Shown: in pieces, positions 1-32,138 of the stretch
Layout: each line of letters opens with the position of its first letter
Position numbering within the stretch: the first letter of the stretch is position 1
Origin: Octopus bimaculoides
Taxonomy: Eukaryota
Direction: 5' to 3'
DNA: 34,766 nucleotides
Assembly (NCBI RefSeq): GCF_001194135.2
Contig: NC_068984.1
Location: 91,059,855 to 91,094,620, forward strand
Translations under genes and position numbers: made by a program
Notes under the pieces: model-generated
The model's input: only the letters and a program-made list of their open reading frames with translations
Databases searched by the model: none
What the model was told of the DNA's origin: nothing

Positions 1-239
1 ATGTGTATGTTGTTGTCACAGATCACGTATGTGTGGTTGTGCATGTTTTTATGTATCTATGTTATGAAAAATAGGTAAAGAATACTGAGAGGAAAGTTTA
101 ATCTATGACTTTGTATGTATCACTTTCTCTTTCTCTCACTCTCCCTCTTTTACTCTTACTCTCTATATTATATGTTGAGCGTGTGGAAGAAATATAAAAG
201 TTGCTAGAAACAACAGCCAAATCTCCCTTAAATCACACA

Positions 240-401
240 AAGTAAACGGAATTTTAAAAATCTAATTACTGCACTGGAAAGTTCACATCGAGAAAATTCC
301 ATTGATGTAAAAATTTTTACAAAAAAATGGAAAATGTGGATTTCTATACACTTTTAAAAAGGCTTCACACAGACACACAACTTCAGCTTTATATATTAAG
401 A
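240..401 (-). mobile_element. Helitron-like 5' terminal fragment
   Basis: Minus strand reads A|TCTTAATATATAAAGCTGAAGTTGTGTGTCTG from 402/401, the A|TC start and ATATATAAAG motif typical of non-autonomous Helitrons. No matching CTAG|T 3' end found; inner boundary approximate. Confidence 0.35.
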
Positions 402-911
402 TATTGCATTCAATTTATGGTGACAACTCTTATATTCCCTCTAAAATTTACCATTTTTGAATTTATACATTTATGCCATAGCATTAAGTGAGGGAGAAAC
501 CAGCCTTAATTGAATGAGGGCAATAGCTCATTATATGTCAACTTTTGTAGAAAACAAAATTATTCTTTCCAATGAAGTATAAATAATTTCAGGCAGATGC
601 TATGACTTAGTGATACATTGAAACAATGCCTGTTATCACATATGAATTCACATGTTAAGATTGATTTGTTTTTTTATTTGGCTGTTCCTCTATATAATTT
701 CCTTTATATCTCACATTTGAAATTATGAAACTAAAATATAGCATATATGGTGATATGTTCAGCATGTATGTCTCCAGTCATTGAATGACTATTCTATCCC
801 CACTAGCTGTTGAACATTAGTTTGCTCTATATCAAAACATCAAACCTATTCTTGTCCCTCCTCATTTCTACATCTTTGCTTACCCAAGTCAATTGTATCA
901 GTTAAAATTAC

Positions 912-993
912 CTGATACTCTTTTGAATTCTGAAACCATCAGGATAAGCCTGAACTTTGGCATCACCATGACCATAATATGTACCATTTTCAG
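912..993 (-). CDS. Candidate coding exon 2 of an unidentified divergent gene (-ENGTYYGHGDAKVQAYPDGFRIQKSI-)
   Basis: Minus strand: acceptor ...tttatattag| then CT GAA AAT GGT ACA TAT TAT GGT CAT GGT GAT GCC AAA GTT CAG GCT TAT CCT GAT GGT TTC AGA ATT CAA AAG AGT ATC AG|gtaatt. 82 nt, open, phase 1 in and phase 2 out, matching the phase-1 exon at 4679-4712. Polypyrimidine tract is weak. Confidence 0.55.
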
Positions 994-3180
994 CTAATAT
1001 AAATTCTTGTCCATGTAACATTTTATTCTATCTTTCAATTTCCATGGTTTTTCACTTACTCCTTCCATTATCTTGAATATTATTCAGTATAATCAGTATA
1101 ATTACCCAACCACTTGTTTATTTGTTGTATTCTCACATTAATTTCAAGCCACTGTTGATTTTTCATATAATTCATAGATAAGCCAAAGCATCATCATTGT
1201 TGTAAGTTAAAGAAAAACAATGAAAACTTTGTTATCTACTGTAAATGTTTCATTTTGAACTTTTCAATCAAGGTTTGTTAAAAGTGAAATATTAAATCAG
1301 CTGATTTTGCCCTGAATCATTATGTGGCTTTTGTCTCATGCTTTCACACCTAGAAATGTTATATCAAGTATTTCTTAATGACGTTCCTTCATTTGAAGTC
1401 CTTTGGGTGTTTTTGGTGGCAAGCCTAACATGCTGCCCAATTTGACATCACTATCTGCTCTTTGAAGGTTGTTGATGAAGTTTACTCTGTTGTAAGCATT
1501 CAGACCAAACTCCAAGTTTATCTCCATAACTATGTTTTGCTTGCAGATGTTGAAATTGGGCATTAATCTCACCAGTCTAGAACTAATCGCATGGGTCATG
1601 GGAACTAAACTCCTCTTTCAATGAACAAACTTTTAATTAGTGGAATGTAATGTACAGGTAGGAAAGGATTCATTCAAAAACTCTGTTGATTACTTGTACA
1701 ATGTAGGATTTATCTATTATTAGCTAGAGGGAAAGGGGCAGTACCCATGACTGCTGCAGGTCCTCCCAGATTGGTGTGATCAAGGGAATTGATGTTTGAG
1801 CATTGGCTAAAATTACAATAGTTGTAAGAAAGAAAGATTGGATAAAGGAATTAACATAATAAAACACCAAAAAGAGGAAGATAATTGGGTGGCCCTACAT
1901 GGAAGGAGTATAAAGCTAGCTAGTTCAGAAAAGCAGATAGAAGAAAATGCATGTCTGCGGACTAGTGGTCGCAGCGTATTCATGAGTGTCTCCATTATTA
2001 TTATATTTGAGACTATTTGAGAAGGTAGCAGTTTTCAAGGATTTTGTGCATTGTTTACTTGAAGGCTGGTCATACAAGAATGTTTCCCAGATATATGTAG
2101 TGATTGGTCTTGATGCTATCAAAAGACACTAAGGTGTTAAGTTCTAATTGGAGCATGTTTTCAAGCTCTCTGTTTATTGACCCAGTATATATGACATATC
2201 TAAACTTTGCGTGTTGAGTGGGGATTAAGGACTGTATGTTAACTAAATAACAGGAGTTTTTTTTGTTCAAATCAGTTGAAGATAATTGTGAGATGTATTG
2301 TAATTAAGTGTCAGAAAGAGGGTTGGATGGGTAAAGCCAGGAATTAGTCATTAAAAGAATTTGAAAGTATACTTTGAGTGAGTATGTAGAATGCTTATTG
2401 GGTGGGGTTATTCCTATTTCTATAACATGTATATTTGGTGGGATTAGTTGAAGGGGTTTGTGAGTGCTAGGGCCCTAATTGTTTTAAGTTTATGTAAGCT
2501 GTTTCTCAGTCAGTGTACCGCATCTTTAGCAGGGGAAGTAACTTGTGAGTTTTTATTTATTTATTTATTTTTTTGTTTCTCTTTGTCAGACTTTTGACAG
2601 AAAAAACCCTGATGCCAGCATCAAAAAGGGGATATATAACACTAATGATAATCATAGAGATGAGTTACTTATTTGAAATTAATTAGAGTTTAAGATAGCT
2701 GACATAAGCATTCTTCATATTTCAGCAGAAAGAAATTTTTTACTTCAGAAAGTTTAACTGTAGTTAAAGAAAGGTTTCAAATGAGAAGAGGTGAGGTGTA
2801 ACAGGTGTTAATGGCATGAATGAATTCAATAGCATAGTCTTCAGTATGATACTGCTGATAATAATGTTTTCTAACATAGGTAATGTCATATATTTTGTGG
2901 GAGAGGTATTGTTGATTATATCAGCATGAGAAGGATGAACTGACCGTGAAACTGACCTTGAGCATTTATATATGCTGGTGTTGTTATTTAGGTAGTGTTT
3001 ACTGTAAGGGAGATTTGGTTGCCATTTCTTACAAGTTGAGTGAGCATGCAGAAACTCCTTTGCTGGTTTGCATTCATAAAAAGCTACAACAGCTAAGGCA
3101 CAGCCTCTAGGGATCAATTGATTTACTTGAAATAATAACAAAATCTCCTTTGGATCACTTTCTTTTATTAATTTTTTTGT

Positions 3181-3886
3181 TGCAGCCATGCTGGAGCACT
3201 GCCTTTAGTTGAACAAATTGACCCCAGGACTTATTCTTTGTAAGCCTAGTACTTATTCTATCAGTACTTATTCTAACCGCTAAGTTATGTGGATGTAAAC
3301 ACACCAACATTGGTTGTCAAGTGATGGTTGGAGAACAAACTCAGACACACAAACATATACAAACGGCATATAAAAAACACTATCCGAACCTGGTTGACAC
3401 CAGGTCTGCCTGACTGGCTACTGTGCCAGTGGCACATAAAAGGCACCAACCGATTGTGACCGATGCCAATACCGCTTGACTGGCTCCTGTGCCAGTGGCA
3501 TGTAAAAAGCACCATCCGAACGTGATCATTGTCAGGCCTGCCTGACTAGCTCCTGTGTCAGTGGCATGTAAAAAGCACCCACTACACTCTTGGAATGGTT
3601 AGTGTTAGGAAGGCATCCAGCTGTAGAAACTTTGCCAGATCAGATTGGAGCCTGGTACAGCTGCTGGCTCTCCAGACCTCTGTCAAACCGTCCAACCTAT
3701 GCCAGCATGAAAAACAGGCGTTAATCGATGATGATGATATATATGCAACAGGCTTCTTTCAGTTTCTGTCTACCAAATCTACTCACAAGGCTTTGGTCAG
3801 CCCAAGGCTATAGTAGAAGACATTTGCCCAAGGTTCCACACATGTGGTTGGTAAGCAAGCTGCTTATCACACATCCACTCCTGTCT
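3181..3886 (-). mobile_element. tRNA-derived SINE (CORE-like), interrupted by a nested insertion
   Basis: Head at 3750-3886 (minus: AGACAGGAGTGGATGTGTGATAAG...GGAACCTTGGGCAAATGTCTTC). Tail at 3181-3367 is closely similar to 34406-34641. The middle is split by the element at 3368-3738. Confidence 0.75.
3368..3738 (+). mobile_element. RTE-LINE 3' end (66-bp minisatellite plus (GAT)n tail)
   Basis: Three 66-bp units starting at 3411, 3477 and 3543, then CACTACACTCT...CCAACCTATGCCAGCATG...GATGATGAT. The same tail is attached to RT-coding copies at 20133-22082 and 33310-34273. Confidence 0.8.
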
Positions 3887-3969
3887 AAAAAAAAATTAAG
3901 GTGCATAAGATAATGTATTCCCAGATTCATTAAAACTAAAAAATAGGAAATCTCAGCTAGAACATCTTT

Positions 3970-4196
3970 GCTCAATCATTATTATGAACTAAATGAGCTA
4001 AGGAGGAGCTTCTATGCAGGTGTTCGACCTGCTAGAAATAGTAACCAAATCTTTGTCATAGTAGACTCTACTATCTTAAAATATAAGGTTACATAAAAAT
4101 AAAAAAAAGTGTAGCCCTGAATACACTGTGCATGAAAAAAGATGGTCACATCTGGAATGCCTTTATCGTAAGTTTGAGGCTAAACAACAGACTGAA
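3970..4196 (+). repeat. Interspersed repeat (GCTAGAAATAG..CCAAATCT family)
   Basis: The core GCTAGAAA(T/C)A..A(G/A)CCAAATCT(CCCT) recurs at about 203-228 (+), 3008-3035 (-) and 4030-4051 (+). Family not assigned; boundaries approximate. Confidence 0.5.
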
Positions 4197-4678
4197 ATAG
4201 AAATTATCTGGCAAGCTAGCGCTACAGGTGGGACTAGTCATAGGCCTGAAAAGTGTAATGTGATAGAGCAATTTTATTAGGGAGACGAATTTACAACATA
4301 TACTCAGGTTGTCTCTATTTCAATTCATTGAGAAACAAAGCTGCTGGGCAAATTTGAATTGCCTCTTCTCTTAAATAGGAACATAAATAAATGAAATAGG
4401 AGCCGCAAACCATTTAGTATTGTATAAATTACTGATATGAAAATTACAAAATTATTATAATGCTTCTGAGAAAATAAGATACGAGTTAAGAAACAATATT
4501 ACTGTAGCTAAACAAAGATAGTATTCAAAAACATGTTCATGGAAGTATTGAGAAGTTGGGAAATATATGATAGGAAATTCTGGTAAATGAGTAAATACCA
4601 TATTCAGGAGATGTTAGCAAAATTAAAAGAAAAAGATATCTCCCAACAAAATTATCTGCTTAACATTTGGTTACTTAC

Positions 4679-4712
4679 GTTTCAAATAAAGCTTTTTGTT
4701 TTTAACAGCCAT
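4679..4712 (-). CDS. Candidate first coding exon of an unidentified divergent gene (MAVKNKKLYLK-)
   Basis: Minus strand ACG ATG GCT GTT AAA AAC AAA AAG CTT TAT TTG AAA C|GTAAGTAA: good Kozak context (A at -3, G at +4), consensus donor GTAAGT, phase 1. Lies in a CpG-enriched zone directly behind two X-boxes. Confidence 0.65.
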
Positions 4713-5147
4713 CGTTATGTTGTCATAGAAACAGTTGCTATGAAAACTTTATTTTCGTAGTTATTAAGTAGAATTTAGGGCTAATCCTTTCAAAATTGTC
4801 TGAAATGAAGTATAAAATGTTATTTTATAATTTACTATGATATACAAAGCTTTAAATATGATTTAGCTATTTATTCTAATTTCACTCTATAACGATTTTA
4901 GAAAACCGGTTATCAGCATCTGTTGTTTCGTATCTCCCTTCTACATAAATTATTTGTCTAAAATATTGAAATAATTTATCTATATAAATTACCAGAATTA
5001 TTTAAAACCAGTTTTTAATATATCATATAATATTTCAATTAATTTGTAGAAAGTGGGTGATTCGAGTGGAGTTGCGGTGTGTGGTTTCAGCTGACCTTGA
5101 CTGGTTGGGTGTCGAAGCCCTGAGGACTCCGAGATTGTTGTTACACT
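4713..5147. promoter_or_regulatory. Putative bidirectional promoter and 5' UTRs
   Basis: 435 bp between divergent ATGs (4712 on -, 5148 on +). CpG is visibly enriched from about 4650 to 6060 compared with the CpG-poor introns. Confidence 0.55.
4719..4747. promoter_or_regulatory. Two tandem RFX X-box motifs
   Basis: GTTGTCATAGAAAC (4719-4732) and GTTGCTATGAAAAC (4734-4747) both fit GTHNYY-AT-RRNAAC exactly and are separated by 1 nt. Confidence 0.75.
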
Positions 5148-26854
<21,707 letters not shown>

Positions 26855-27151
26855 AGAGAATAATCCATTTATCAATTGTAATTATGAGAAACTATAAAGT
26901 GGATTGGAATTAGGATGTTACTGGCATCCCGTTAGAGTTTACCCCAATTTGTTTTGTAGTATACCAAAATATTGGCCAGAACAAGGTTTTCATTTTAAAG
27001 AAAAGCTCAAACAGAAAAATGTATATTTTTCATCATTTTCTATGTAACTGATTTCTTATAATTTTGTTTGTTCATGAGAGGAAAAAAACAACAAAACAAA
27101 AACAATGACCTTTTGAGAAGTAACATCATAAAGAAATCCTACACTTAAGTT

Positions 27152-27157
27152 AATAAA
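27152..27157 (+). terminator. Candidate DLAT polyadenylation signal
   Basis: First AATAAA after the stop (about 300 nt downstream), followed by a T/GT-rich tract at 27185-27205. Confidence 0.5.
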
Positions 27158-27659
27158 TTGGTTATTGGGAAATATTGTATTCTTGAAGTTTTGTTTTTTT
27201 ATTGTGAAATGTAGGGTCTTATAATTTTCTTAATTTTTTTATTTCCATGTATCTGTGTTGTCATCCATTTCTTTCTCTCCTCTGAACCACTTCTATTTGT
27301 CATCCATCACCTCCTCTTATTTTGTCTACTGCTATTGCCCATCATTTCCCTCCTGTTGTCATCCCAATAACTCTGTCCCTTCCATGCTATCCTTGCTCCT
27401 TTCATCCACTAATTTTAGCCTTCTGCTGTTCCTTTTCTTGATCATATTACTTGAGTGAAAGCACTGGGTATTCTCTACACTTAGTGTGTACAAGGTACAC
27501 CTCCTCATATGCTGCTGTCACAATGGAAAGCCTCCACCAAATCTCCTATACACCTTGTAGAGTGATTGGTGAGTTAGGTAAAGTAGCATTGAGATATCCC
27601 TTAATCTTATCTCATTGATAACTCAATAACCTCCCTTGTATCGTGCCACAAGAAATACA

Positions 27660-27840
27660 TCCAATATACACTGCAAAATGGTTGGCAATAAGAACATCCA
27701 ACCATAGATACCAAGCTAAAATTATATGTACAAGTACCACTCTATGAGAACACAGAACCTCCCAATAAGGAATGACTTGGATTGTGATGACTCATCAAAC
27801 TCATGCCAGTATAGAAAGCAGATGTAAAATGATGATTCCA
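27660..27840 (+). mobile_element. Degraded RTE-type 3' tail
   Basis: CACTGCAAAATGGTTGGC...CATCCAACC...CATGCCAGTATAGAAAGCAGATGTAAAATGATGAT matches the tails seen elsewhere in the window. Confidence 0.55.
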
Positions 27841-28599
27841 AAAAGGAGGGTGAGAAGGCTATTAGTATCCCAACATTGATACATTAATCATTGTTACAAA
27901 AAATTGTCATGTTATCTTTGTCCTAATAGCATTCATAGAAACTTTCATCAATTTACTGACAACTCAATTGTTTCCTTTGCCACCAGTTCAGAGATATATG
28001 TGTACCAGTGATGTATATTTGCACCATTTGTCTCTTCTGCACTCACCACAGACTCAGTGGGTAGATCTTCTGTGATGCTGCAGTCAGCAGTGGTAACAGT
28101 GGCATCTAAGAATAATGAGTGACCCAAGGTGTATGGAAAATAGCTTATACCATCCAGGTATTTTCTATTTCTGTAGTTCAGTTTGGTGAGCTCCAAGATT
28201 GCTAATGTGCCTGCAGATGCCAAAAATAGTTTCATTATATTGTTTTTTTCAGCATGATGGGGCCATCTGGTATTGAAACAACATGATATAAGCTTTTGGA
28301 CTGATCTCTTGACTATACCTTAAAATTCAGTACATGTCAAGTACATATAAAGGTTGTGCCAACTCTAAAGGAAGTGTTATTCAGTTTGATACCAATTTTG
28401 GATACTAGGAGGTAATCAAACCAAGCACTGCTTCCCAGTTCATGCAACCGAAAATTGAATAAGATCTTGGTTTTGTGCATCTGCAAGCACAACTTTGCAT
28501 GTTTCTTAACAGTTGTCACATCATAATATTGACTACACCTTTATTAATATTGACTCTCCCTTTATTAGTATTTTTTTTAACATTGAAATACAATTCTGG

Positions 28600-29790
28600 A
28601 AAGATTTAAAGAAAATGGAAAGCAAAGAACAGTATCAAGTAGCTGGACGAGAAACTAGATGTCAGATATACTTAGCAAAAGAAGCCATAAGTAAGATATT
28701 TCCCCATGTTCTGCAGTGTGTAGGTCAGAAAGGTGAGATGTTTCAGATAAACAAAGCAATGTACAAGAGAGAATTGAGATGTTGTTGGGGAGAAGTGTGA
28801 TAAAATGAAAGAAGAGCAATTAGAGTCATGGGAAGACTACTGTGAGAAAGTGTTGAATGAGGAGAATGCAAGGAAGGGGAAAAGCTTAACTCAACTAGAT
28901 CCAATAGAAGAGCCAACCATTAAAGTTGACAGCAGCATAGCAAATAGCATGATGAGGGATATGAAACCAAGGAAGGAAGTTAGATCATCAGGTAGGGAAG
29001 CTAAAATGCTAAAAATACTTGGTGAGGTTGGTCATGTACTAGTCACTCACACAGTCAATTATGTAATATAGAAAGTTGTGATACCCAGTGACTTGTATCA
29101 ACTACTACAAAGGAAAAGGAGATACACAAGAGAGAGGCATCAAATTGATGAGCCACGAAATGAAAGTTACTCAGTTATAGCTCATCTGATTATGAAGAAA
29201 AATTGGCATACAGAAGTTACAGTTTAAATTTATATTAGGACAGGTGATGTGTTCTTTGTTAGACAACTGCAGAAGTACTTACCTTGGAATAAAACACTCA
29301 ACATTCATTGACTTTGAGAAGGTTTCAGACTCTGTAATTTGATCACTTAAGAGATTAGGGATAGATAAATGGCTTGTGAAGGCCATGTACAGAAGTGTAG
29401 TGAGTAATACATTCTGCAACAAATTTGGTGTTCAGATAAGGGAGCAATCATGGCCAAGTTCAAGCCCCTTCTTGTTTATAACAGATGTTCAAGACCAACA
29501 GTGCAAGGGACATTTTGTATGCTGCTGACCTAGGTCTAGTAGTTGAATCTGTAGAGTCAGAGAAGAAAATTCCAAATATGGAAGCAGTATCTAGAATCAA
29601 GAGGGTAAAGACAGAACCCTGCTGCCACCTAGGAAATGGCCAAGTTTGTATACAGATAAAGAGTATATTGAAATTTTATGCTATACCTGGCTTAAACTAT
29701 GAAAGCACAAGATATAGTGGGATCATACATAGTTGTAGAAAAGATTCACCTACTCATGTAAACCTGGCAAAATGGATGTTAGAATAATAG
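28600..29790 (+). mobile_element. Old degenerate RTE-clade LINE
   Basis: Broken reading frames with WEDYCEKVLNEENA, EAKMLKILGEVG..LVT, YKGKGD, RGIKLM, VRQLQ, IDFEK, LGIDKWLV, ILYAADL, LESRG remnants. Confidence 0.8.
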
Positions 29791-30049
29791 GAGTGAGAGA
29801 GGTTGAGATGTATAATATCTACATTTGTACCTTCATTCTGTTTCTCATCAGTCTCCATCTACTACCCTACTCTTTGATACCCTCTCATATATCATTCACC
29901 CACACTCTTATCATTGTACCATGCTGCAAATATATGAAGAGATGGAATTGAATGTCCATATTTAATCACTTCTACTGCCCACCATATCTTATATTATAAA
30001 AGACATTGCAAATGTCTCTGTCTGTCTGTCTACAATAACATCTATAATA

Positions 30050-30390
30050 GGGAGGGGAGGAGAAAAAGTTGTTGAGAGAGAAATAGTGTGTGTGTGTGAG
30101 AGAGACAGAGAAAGATTTAAAGATAGAGATAGTGTTGCCACTATAGTCTGTCTCTAGGGGGAAGTGGAGAAAAATTTGTTGAGAGATATACAGTGGAAGA
30201 GGGAGAGAGATTGTGTGTGTGTGACAGGTAAATAGGCAGACTTGTCACCATTGTAACTAACAAGTTTTGAAAGATTTGTAGTTATTTTTTGTGATGGGTG
30301 TGTGTGTGTTGTGTCTGTCAACATATAGAAAATGCAATACAGACTTTCAATACAAAAAGGGGAGGAGAAAAGGTGGTTGCTAAGAGAAAG

Positions 30391-30426
<36 letters not shown>

Positions 30427-30809
30427 AAGAGTGTGTTTGAAAGATAGATAGCTAAGTATTGTTGTCATCCTGGTAACTAACAAGTTTTGATTAGAAACAT
30501 GGGAATTTTAAGTGCAAGTGAATAGAGTGGAACACAAACTTTGAAAGACATTTATGTATGTATATATACTTATATATATAATACATAAAGTTATTATTAT
30601 TTTTGTTTCTGTGTGTGTGTGTTTCTATGTCTTTTAACATATGGACAAGGCAAAACAGACTTCAAAAGATAACTATATATATATACACACATACATATAT
30701 GTACACACATATATATACACATACAAATATGTACACACACATATATATACATACATACATACATACATATATATATACACATATATATATATATACACAC
30801 GCATATATA

Positions 30810-30842
<33 letters not shown>

Positions 30843-31038
30843 CACATACACACACACACATATATGATTGATCGCTAGCCACTAAATCTTTTTTATTTTC
30901 TCTCTCTGCTTATCTCTATGTTTCTCTCCTGTTGAAGAGCGTAGGCTCAAAATGTAAAAGACTTTCTCACTTCCCGAGCTAATACATCTGTTTGTTGTTT
31001 ACACACCTGTCTTTGTCTTTTGTTTTTTTGTAAATTCC

Positions 31039-31093
<55 letters not shown>

Positions 31094-31150
31094 TATATAC
31101 ACACACACATATATATGCACACACACATGTATATACACACACACACGTAT
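30050..31150. repeat. Microsatellite-rich block: (GA)n, (GT)n, (TA)n, (CA)n
   Basis: Runs are directly visible. A degenerate unit GGAGGAGAAAA..GTTG ... GTAACTAACAAGTTTTGA is duplicated (tails near 30253 and 30472). Confidence 0.9.
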
Positions 31151-31154
31151 ATGG

Positions 31155-31709
31155 CTTTAAGATTACATAAAACACATGGCCTTCCTTTCAAACCTTTCTT
31201 GCTGTGCTATTTGACACCATCCTCTCATGATGCAAAATGTCTAGCCGTTATGCTAAGAAATTTTCTCTCTTTTTAATCGTTCATCATTCTCTTTATGTAA
31301 CTTTATTACTAACATCTTAAATGAGTCTGAGTTAAATTAACTTTGTAAGGTTAATGCGAAGCTAGCCTGTATTTCCATTTCTTTTTCTCAATGTCTCAGC
31401 TAAGAAACTTCTCTAGATTTTTAACCATTCATCATTGTTTACATTCAGCTTACTTGTATTATTTACATGCTAATCGTTTGATTTTCTTGTGGCAAAGCTA
31501 GCCATTTTCTTTTTTTCCATTTCATGATTGTCCTCTATTGTCCTTTGCTGCTATTTCCATTCATTTGTGGTGAAGCCAGCCACTCTTTGACCACTCCTGA
31601 CTTTAAGACTATATAAAACACATGGCCTTCTTCCCAAACCTTCTTTCTTCTGCTATTTGACACCATCATATCACGACACGAAATGTCCAGCTAAACTAAG
31701 AAATTCTCT
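31155..31709 (+). repeat. Direct repeat of about 110 bp, period 446 bp
   Basis: CTTTAAGA.TA.ATAAAACACATGGCCTTC...CTATTTGACACCATC...AAATGTC.AGC...CTAAGAAATT at 31155-31268 and 31601-31709. Confidence 0.8.
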
Positions 31710-31891
31710 TGCCCACCTTTTCCTGCCCCCACCACCAATACAGGAAATCCCTTCTTGCATACTGGTAATCCCTTCTCTCACATACCAGTAATTCCTTCTC
31801 TTGCATACCAGTAATCTCTTCTTTTTACTGTCAAATCTCTTCCCTCATACTGAAAACTCCCACAGCACTCTGCCTCACTTCTGCATCAGAC

Positions 31892-32102
31892 NNNNNNNNN
31901 NNNNNNNNNNNNNNNNNNNNNNNNNNNNNNNNNNNNNNNNNNNNNNNNNNNNNNNNNNNNNNNNNNNNNNNNNNNNNNNNNNNNNNNNNNNNNNNNNNNN
32001 NNNNNNNNNNNNNNNNNNNNNNNNNNNNNNNNNNNNNNNNNNNNNNNNNNNNNNNNNNNNNNNNNNNNNNNNNNNNNNNNNNNNNNNNNNNNNNNNNNNN
32101 NN
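31892..32102. other. Assembly gap (211 N)
   Basis: Run of N, followed by (AT)n. Confidence 1.

Positions 32103-32135
<33 letters not shown>

Positions 32136-32138
<3 letters not shown>

Noticed and set aside
2764-3189. 141-aa minus-strand ORF as an exon of the divergent gene
   Set aside because: Its start lies in a SINE tail and it crosses a copy of the CCAAATCTCCCT repeat, which also supplies its only good donor. The acceptors are poor and the peptide has no recognisable features.
3411-3579. CRISPR-like repeat/spacer appearance (also 33870-34110)
   Set aside because: The spacers are homologous to each other, the array sits in a LINE 3' UTR in eukaryotic DNA, and no cas genes are present. 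It is a minisatellite.
4455-4579. Alternative exon 2 (QFPIIYFPTSQYFHEHVF...) after a 99-nt intron with a CTAAC branch point
   Set aside because: It runs into a stop and has no credible phase-1 donor linking to the 993-912 exon. Kept only as a weak possibility.
30597-31191. Multiple 65-86 aa ORFs rich in Y/I/C/V/H/T
   Set aside because: Translations of (TA)n and (CA)n microsatellites.
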